Shown: positions 16,271 to 21,501 of the stretch, piece after piece
How positions within the stretch are numbered: position 1 is the stretch's first letter
Layout of the letters: every line of letters begins with the position of its first letter
Assembly: GCA_051382335.1 (NCBI GenBank)
Contig: JBBCAX010000030.1
Coordinates: forward strand, 1-21,501
Reading direction: 5' to 3'
DNA length: 21,501 nt
From: Deltaproteobacteria bacterium TL4
GTDB lineage: Bacteria; SAR324; NAC60-12
The notes under the pieces: model-generated
What the model saw: only the letters and a program-made list of their open reading frames with translations
What the model was told of the DNA's origin: nothing
Databases searched by the model: none
Translations under genes and position numbers: made by a program

Positions 16271-17128
16271 ATGGACACTCCTTCCTCATTTCGATGGTTG
16301 ACGCGTCTGCTCCGTATTGTTTTGCTCGCTGCTTTGGGAGTTGCTGCCATGTTTGCGCTACTTCAACATAAAATGATCTATTATCCCTCACCTTACGATG
16401 CCGCGACAGAGTCCATGCGGCCTAAAAGCATGATCAGCCTGAGGTCCCAAACACCAGAAGGAAAACAGGTTGCCTTTTATTTACCGCCTCAACAACCTTC
16501 CGCTGAAAAATTTCATTTATGGGTCTTTTTTGGAGGAAATGCGATGCTGGCATTGCATTGGCTGGATTTTATTATCCGGTATCCTGACCCCCATACGGGC
16601 TTTTTGTTAATGGACTACCCAGGGTATGGCAAATGTAAAGGAACCGCCTCTCCTGATACAATTCTGGAATCAACCGAAAAAGCCTTTGAGCGTTTAGCTC
16701 AAGAGTTACAGGTCTCACCTCAAACCTTGGAAAATAGTCTCAATCTGTTTGGCCATTCTCTCGGTGCGGCTGCCGCTTTACAATTTGCTGTAAAGCACCA
16801 GGTCCACAAAATAGTTTTGAGCTCCGCGTTCACCTCACTTCAGGAGATGGCAAAGCAAGTCGTTGGCAGATGGCTTTCGTATCTGATACTGCACCACTTC
16901 GATAACAAAGCAAGGCTTACGGAGTTGTCTCATCGTCCTAACCCTCCTGTCGTTAAATTATTTCATGGAGACCAGGATGAGGTGATTCCGGTGGGCATGG
17001 GACAAGAACTGTCACAGATGTTTCCCAACTTGATTGAGTATCACGAAATAGAATTTGGAACCCATAATACCCTGCTCTACACCCTCATGTCCCAATTCCA
17101 CCAAGCCATGCTGGATTACAATGAATAA
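16271..17128 (+). CDS. Membrane-anchored alpha/beta hydrolase (ABHD13/Bem46-like)
   Basis: N-terminal TM then QHKMIYYP, FGGNA, DYPGYG, nucleophile elbow GHSLG, HGDQDEVIP and GTHN (Ser-Asp-His triad). Confidence 0.9.
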   Translation: MDTPSSFRWLTRLLRIVLLAALGVAAMFALLQHKMIYYPSPYDAATESMRPKSMISLRSQTPEGKQVAFYLPPQQPSAEKFHLWVFFGGNAMLALHWLDFIIRYPDPHTGFLLMDYPGYGKCKGTASPDTILESTEKAFERLAQELQVSPQTLENSLNLFGHSLGAAAALQFAVKHQVHKIVLSSAFTSLQEMAKQVVGRWLSYLILHHFDNKARLTELSHRPNPPVVKLFHGDQDEVIPVGMGQELSQMFPNLIEYHEIEFGTHNTLLYTLMSQFHQAMLDYNE

Positions 17129-19019
17129 GGAAAATTTGGAACAGGCTATGAAATGGCCTCAGGACCCTACTGCAAAAAAAATCCACCCGGAACAACTAGC
17201 GGATCTGATTCACGCCGGGGATCGGATTTTTATAGGCTCCGGATGTAGTGAGCCTGTCATCCTTACGGAACAACTGGTTTCGAATAAACATCGCTTCAGT
17301 GACTGTGAACTGATTCATTTTCTGCCACTTTCGGGAAATAAGTTTTTTGATGATCAGGAGCCGTCTCTCTTTCGGCATCATGCTTTGTTTGTCGGTGAAT
17401 CCATTAGAGCGGCTGTCAACGAAGGCAAAGCGGATTATATCCCCATTTCTTTATCGGACATTCCCAAACTCATTTCTTCAGGAAGACTGCGCATTGATGT
17501 CGCTTTGCTCCAGGTTTCACCTCCCGATCAGTATGGTTTCTGCTCTCTTGGTATTAATGTCGATATCAATCGAACGGTTGCGGATGAAGCCAAAACCCTC
17601 ATTGCTCAGATCAACCCCAATATGCCGAGAACCACAGGCGATTCTTACATCCGTTTCTCCCGTATTGATCATTGGGTGTATCATGAAGCTCCCTTAATTG
17701 AGTTTGAATATCCTGGGATGGATGAGGTAGCCAATAGAATTGGGCGACATTGTTCCCGCTTGATCGAAAATGGATCGACCCTTCAATTCGGTATTGGATC
17801 AATTCCTAATGCCGTTCTTCACCATCTCAAGGACAAGGAAAATCTCGCCATTTACAGTGAGGTTCTTTCAGATTCTGTGATTGAGCTGATTGAGTCCGGA
17901 GTGGTGAACTGCAAAGAAAACATTTTTCCCCATGTGATGACCTCCTTTGTGATGGGCACCAAAAAATTATACGATTTTGTGGACAATAATCCCTTCATTG
18001 AATTCAGACCGACCGCGTTCATCAACAATCTGCTGAATATTTCCAAAAATCGAAAACAAATCTCGATCAATGCCGCTCTGTCTGTCTCACTCACGGGCCA
18101 AGTCAACTCAGACAGTCTTGGGACTAAAATATATAGTGGTGTTGGCGGACAACTTGATTTTAACCGTGGCGCCTCCATGTCGGAGGGGGGAAAGCCCCTG
18201 ATCTGTTTGCCCAGCGTCACCAGCGATGGCCAATTTTCACGAATCGTGGCCACCCTGGAAGCCGGTGCGGGGGTGGTTGTGCCCAGAAGCGAGGTTCATT
18301 ATGTGGTAACCGAATGGGGGATTGCTTATCTGCATGGGAAATGTATCAGAGATCGTGTTTTGCAGATGATTGGGATTGCCCATCCCCAATTCAGAAAACA
18401 GCTCCTGGACGAGGCCAAAAAAATGCACTTTATTTATGAGGATCAGTTTTTGCCGCAAACCCACGGCGTCGTGGCGATTTATCCGGAAAACTACGAATGG
18501 TCCCATGCAACGCACAGTAAAGGTGAGGTCTGGGTGCGTCCCGTTAAACCGACTGATGAACGAATGCTTCAGGAACTTTATTATAGTCTGGATCCTGATG
18601 ACCGGGTGTCACGCTTTTTTTTCTCGAAAAAACTATTCACCCATCGGGAAACACAAACCACGGTCAATGTTGATTACGAATCTGTGTTTGCCTTGGTGTG
18701 TCTATTCGGAACCAGCGAAAATCAGGAAATTGTGGCTCTAGGCTCTTATTATCTGGATCGTGATCTCAATGTGGCCGAAATCGCCTTTACGGTCAGAAAG
18801 GCCTTTCGTGGTCAAGGCTTGACCCGCTTTATCATCGAGCGACTGATTGAAATTGCCAGGGAAAAAGGGGTCCGTGGTTTTAGGGGTGAAGTCCTTCCCC
18901 TTAATGGTCCCATGCTTCATCTCTTAAAAACACTGCCTTACGTGGTTCACTTTACAGGAAATGGGGACACCCTGGCGTTCGAGTTCAATTTTTCGGATAA
19001 AAAACAAACGCCTTCGTAA
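17121..19019 (+). CDS. Acetyl-CoA hydrolase/CoA-transferase (4-hydroxybutyrate CoA-transferase-like) fused to a C-terminal GNAT acetyltransferase
   Basis: Motifs DVALLQVSPPDQYGFCSLG, TLQFGIGSIPNA, YSEV (catalytic Glu position), SGVGGQLDF and YVVTEWGIAYL. GNAT motifs VRPVKPTDE and AEIAFTVRKAFRGQGL. ATG 17121 overlaps the upstream stop (ATG 17148 is also possible). Confidence 0.9.
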   Translation: MNKENLEQAMKWPQDPTAKKIHPEQLADLIHAGDRIFIGSGCSEPVILTEQLVSNKHRFSDCELIHFLPLSGNKFFDDQEPSLFRHHALFVGESIRAAVNEGKADYIPISLSDIPKLISSGRLRIDVALLQVSPPDQYGFCSLGINVDINRTVADEAKTLIAQINPNMPRTTGDSYIRFSRIDHWVYHEAPLIEFEYPGMDEVANRIGRHCSRLIENGSTLQFGIGSIPNAVLHHLKDKENLAIYSEVLSDSVIELIESGVVNCKENIFPHVMTSFVMGTKKLYDFVDNNPFIEFRPTAFINNLLNISKNRKQISINAALSVSLTGQVNSDSLGTKIYSGVGGQLDFNRGASMSEGGKPLICLPSVTSDGQFSRIVATLEAGAGVVVPRSEVHYVVTEWGIAYLHGKCIRDRVLQMIGIAHPQFRKQLLDEAKKMHFIYEDQFLPQTHGVVAIYPENYEWSHATHSKGEVWVRPVKPTDERMLQELYYSLDPDDRVSRFFFSKKLFTHRETQTTVNVDYESVFALVCLFGTSENQEIVALGSYYLDRDLNVAEIAFTVRKAFRGQGLTRFIIERLIEIAREKGVRGFRGEVLPLNGPMLHLLKTLPYVVHFTGNGDTLAFEFNFSDKKQTPS

Positions 19020-19022
19020 CCT

Positions 19023-20801
19023 TCACACTTTCACCTCGCCTCCAGCATTTTTATATCGTCGGCGTATGAATGCCGGAATATTCAAATCATTCCAAAACCC
19101 AGGTTGTTTTTGCTGCTGTACCAGCGCCCATTCTGAAAAATCAGGAGGGGCATCTGCCGTTGTCTCCTGTTCCAAGGGCATTCGGTCTTCCTCATTTTGT
19201 TTTTGGTCGCTATTCCTCCAGGAATTTCTGCCTTCACCCGACAGGGCTTGAGTCGAGTGGGCAAATGTGTTTTCATTGAAACTCCGCCTTTGCTGAGTGT
19301 TGGTCGCAGGTTGAGATCCTCTCCTGCTTGTCACGTTAGAGGGCATCGAATTGAACGAGTTCTGTCGAAAATGAGAGGCACTCTCAGGAAGGCCAGGTTG
19401 CTTTTCTTCAGCACTGTACCGAAAATGAGAAGCACTTTCAGGAAGGGCTGGTTGCCGTTCCTCAGCACTGGGCTCTTTTTCAAATTTTGTAGCTGGACTG
19501 GGCGTTTGCGTTTTTGATAAATGAGGCGTTTCGGCAATTCCGGGTGACAGTGAACGGAGTCCAACCGTTACTTTGGGCTGCGCTTCAACATGGGGCGTTT
19601 GCGTTTTTGATAAATGAGGCGTTTCGGCAATTCCGGGTGATGATGAACGGAGTCCAACCGTCTCTTTGGGCTGCGCTTCAACTTTGAATTGAGGTTGACT
19701 CATTTCAACTGGTGGCGCCTGAAATTCCACTGCTTTGGGTTGAGGTTCAACCGTCTTGACCATAACTTCGGAGGCTACAGCCTCAAAGCCTGTGGCAATC
19801 AGGGTCACAATGATTTCACCCTTCAGCTCAGGGTTTATGGAGGAGCCCCAAATGATTTCCGCGTCTTCATGAGCCTGCTTTTCTAAAAATTGGACAGCGT
19901 TTTGAACTTCATACAAGGTCATCTCTTCATTACCGGCAATATTGATCAATAAACCTTTGGCTCCTGTCACATTACAATGCGCTAACAAGGGGCTATGCAG
20001 AGCGTTTTTGACGGCCTTGAGGGCGCGTCCCTCTCCCGAGGCTGAGCCTATTCCCATTACTGCGGTTCCCTGATTCTCAATGATACTTCGGACATCCGCA
20101 AAATCCAAATTGATCATCCCATCTTTGGTGATCAGCTCAACAATGGCCTGTACGCCTTGTTTTAACACATTATCCGCCAATCGAAAGGCCTCCAGCATCG
20201 AGGTCTTTGCGCTTACATTCTCAATGAGTTTGTCATTCGGAATGATGATCAAGGTGTCCACATGCTTTCGGAGTTCTTCAATTCCCTGCTCCGCATTGCG
20301 CCGTCTCTGTTTGCCTTCAAACCGGAAAGGCAGTGTTACTACGGCGACCGTTAAGGCTTTTGCTTCTTTAGCCGCTCTTGCGACAAGCGGGGCTCCTCCG
20401 GTTCCCGTTCCGCCACCCATTCCCGCGGTGACAAACACCATGTCCGCTTTTTGGGTATATTTGCGGATACTCTCCAAACTTTCCTCCGCGGCCATTCGAC
20501 CCTTCTCAGATTTTCCTCCGGCGCCCAGACCTCTGGCACAATGATCTCCGATAATCAAACGGGCTTTTGCCTTTGATTTGTTGAGATCCTGCAGGTCGGT
20601 ATTGATTGCGACATAGTCAACACCACCCAGTTGAGATTCAATCATTCGGTTAACCGCATTTCCTCCACCACCCCCAACACCAATAACCTTAATTACAATA
20701 TCCCCTTGAGTGAGCTCCTGTTGTTTCACTTTTCCCCCCTCATTTGGAACAGCTTTTACCTGGGGTTTCTGCTTTGGGTTCTCCAAAAAATCAAACATCA
20801 T
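19023..20801 (-). CDS. ftsZ: Cell division protein FtsZ with long C-terminal linker
   Basis: Motifs IKVIGVGGGGGNAVNRM, GLGAGG, GMGGGTGTGGAP, PFRFEG, T7 loop INLDFADV, VTLIATG and C-terminal core peptide LNIPAFIRR. Confidence 0.97.
   Translation of the reverse strand: MMFDFLENPKQKPQVKAVPNEGGKVKQQELTQGDIVIKVIGVGGGGGNAVNRMIESQLGGVDYVAINTDLQDLNKSKAKARLIIGDHCARGLGAGGKSEKGRMAAEESLESIRKYTQKADMVFVTAGMGGGTGTGGAPLVARAAKEAKALTVAVVTLPFRFEGKQRRRNAEQGIEELRKHVDTLIIIPNDKLIENVSAKTSMLEAFRLADNVLKQGVQAIVELITKDGMINLDFADVRSIIENQGTAVMGIGSASGEGRALKAVKNALHSPLLAHCNVTGAKGLLINIAGNEEMTLYEVQNAVQFLEKQAHEDAEIIWGSSINPELKGEIIVTLIATGFEAVASEVMVKTVEPQPKAVEFQAPPVEMSQPQFKVEAQPKETVGLRSSSPGIAETPHLSKTQTPHVEAQPKVTVGLRSLSPGIAETPHLSKTQTPSPATKFEKEPSAEERQPALPESASHFRYSAEEKQPGLPESASHFRQNSFNSMPSNVTSRRGSQPATNTQQRRSFNENTFAHSTQALSGEGRNSWRNSDQKQNEEDRMPLEQETTADAPPDFSEWALVQQQKQPGFWNDLNIPAFIRRRYKNAGGEVKV
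19366..19470. repeat. Tandem duplication in ftsZ linker, 54-nt period
   Basis: 19366-19416 and 19420-19470 are 44/51 identical and encode SAEE(R/K)QP(A/G)LPESASHFR twice. Confidence 0.95.
19500..19682. repeat. Tandem duplication in ftsZ linker, 93-nt period
   Basis: 19500-19589 and 19593-19682 are 85/90 identical and encode VEAQPK(E/V)TVGLRS(S/L)SPGIAETPHLSKTQTP twice. Confidence 0.97.
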
Positions 20802-21099
20802 TTTTTCCTTTCATTGACCCGATACACGACACACGAGAGCATATAGTGACCAATCTTAATAGTTTGAAACACGAGTTTCTAGCAGGTATCTCATGCAAAA
20901 ATAAAGCCGTAACCGGGACGTTCCGTTATCTGCTCCAGGTTTTGTAGGTGAAGGTCCAGTATGCACTTGAAATATTAATTTTTTAATTCATTCTGAGAGC
21001 CAACCCTTCTATGGTGGAAGAGGAAACTCTGGATCACACGCGTCTGAACCACAATAGAACTAAGATTTTCCCATAATTCCCAAAATGAGAGGAGAAACG

Positions 21100-21387
21100 A
21101 TGAGTAATAAGCTTAAAAAATTACAAAACCGTAAGAGAAAGATTGAAGCGCGGATTGATGAAAAATTGCGAAAGCAGCATCGAATACTACGGAATTGCCG
21201 GTTGTTTCAGTTAGGGCTGGAAATTGAAAAGAAACTCAAACAACAATATGCGGTTGAGATTGTTAGTTATGATGGCAAATCATTTGAGAAACTACTCAGT
21301 GCCTGGGCAAAGAACCTCCCCGACTTCCCGCCTTTGGGAGAGGCTGTAACGCCACAGGAGACTCCAGAACCACCAGCGAGTGTTTAG
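21100..21387 (+). CDS. Small basic coiled-coil hypothetical protein
   Basis: ATG 21100 follows GAGAGGAG. K/R-rich helical N-terminus and Pro-rich tail. The stop overlaps the next gene's SD. Confidence 0.7.
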   Translation: MSNKLKKLQNRKRKIEARIDEKLRKQHRILRNCRLFQLGLEIEKKLKQQYAVEIVSYDGKSFEKLLSAWAKNLPDFPPLGEAVTPQETPEPPASV

Positions 21388-21401
21388 GAGAGGGAACGTT
21401 T

Positions 21402-21501
21402 ATGCGTACAATTATTACGACAACGGCTTTGTTATGTTTGAGTAATGTCTTTATGACTTTTGCGTGGTATGCGCATTTAAAGAATCTTTCCGGGAAGCAC
21501 T
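21402..21501 (+). CDS. DMT family (DUF486-type) membrane protein, partial (runs off window)
   Basis: Not in the ORF track. Translates MRTIITTTALLCLSNVFMTFAWYAHLKNLSGKH, and SNxFMTFAWYxHLK is the family's N-terminal signature. AGGAGAGGG upstream. Confidence 0.88.
   Translation, partial: MRTIITTTALLCLSNVFMTFAWYAHLKNLSGKH

Noticed and set aside
19366..19682. Repeats as a possible CRISPR array
   Set aside because: They are two-copy, in-frame coding duplications with no unique spacers and no cas genes.
20990..21050. CTGAGA..ACCC and GGAAACTCT segments reminiscent of TPP or glycine riboswitches
   Set aside because: The remaining conserved cores are missing and the downstream genes do not fit. 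An Rfam/Infernal scan would settle it.

Overview
AT-rich bacterial chromosomal window, signalling-dense, with a deltaproteobacteria-like gene repertoire (taxonomy is only an impression). It holds 13 complete genes and one partial gene. The left two-thirds look like an entirely cytoplasmic signalling neighbourhood. It contains two paralogous signal-peptide-less NrtA/CmpA-type binding proteins (one fused to a CheY-like receiver), a 1749-aa Ser/Thr kinase-STAND ATPase-GAF-PP2C protein, a STAS protein and a CheW-less CheA-like kinase. In its middle sits a translationally coupled pair: a DUF169-like gene and a TusE/DsrC-like::cysteine desulfurase fusion, preceded by a 41-bp palindrome. To the right are a secreted hypothetical protein, a membrane sensor kinase lacking its H-box His, an alpha/beta hydrolase and an acetyl-CoA hydrolase/transferase-GNAT fusion. 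These are followed by an ftsZ outside the dcw cluster with a repeat-expanded linker, a small basic ORF and a partial DMT gene. A GTAG-type inverted REP pair lies at the left edge. No rRNA, tRNA, CRISPR array or transposase was seen. All family calls come from motif recognition by eye, not database searches.
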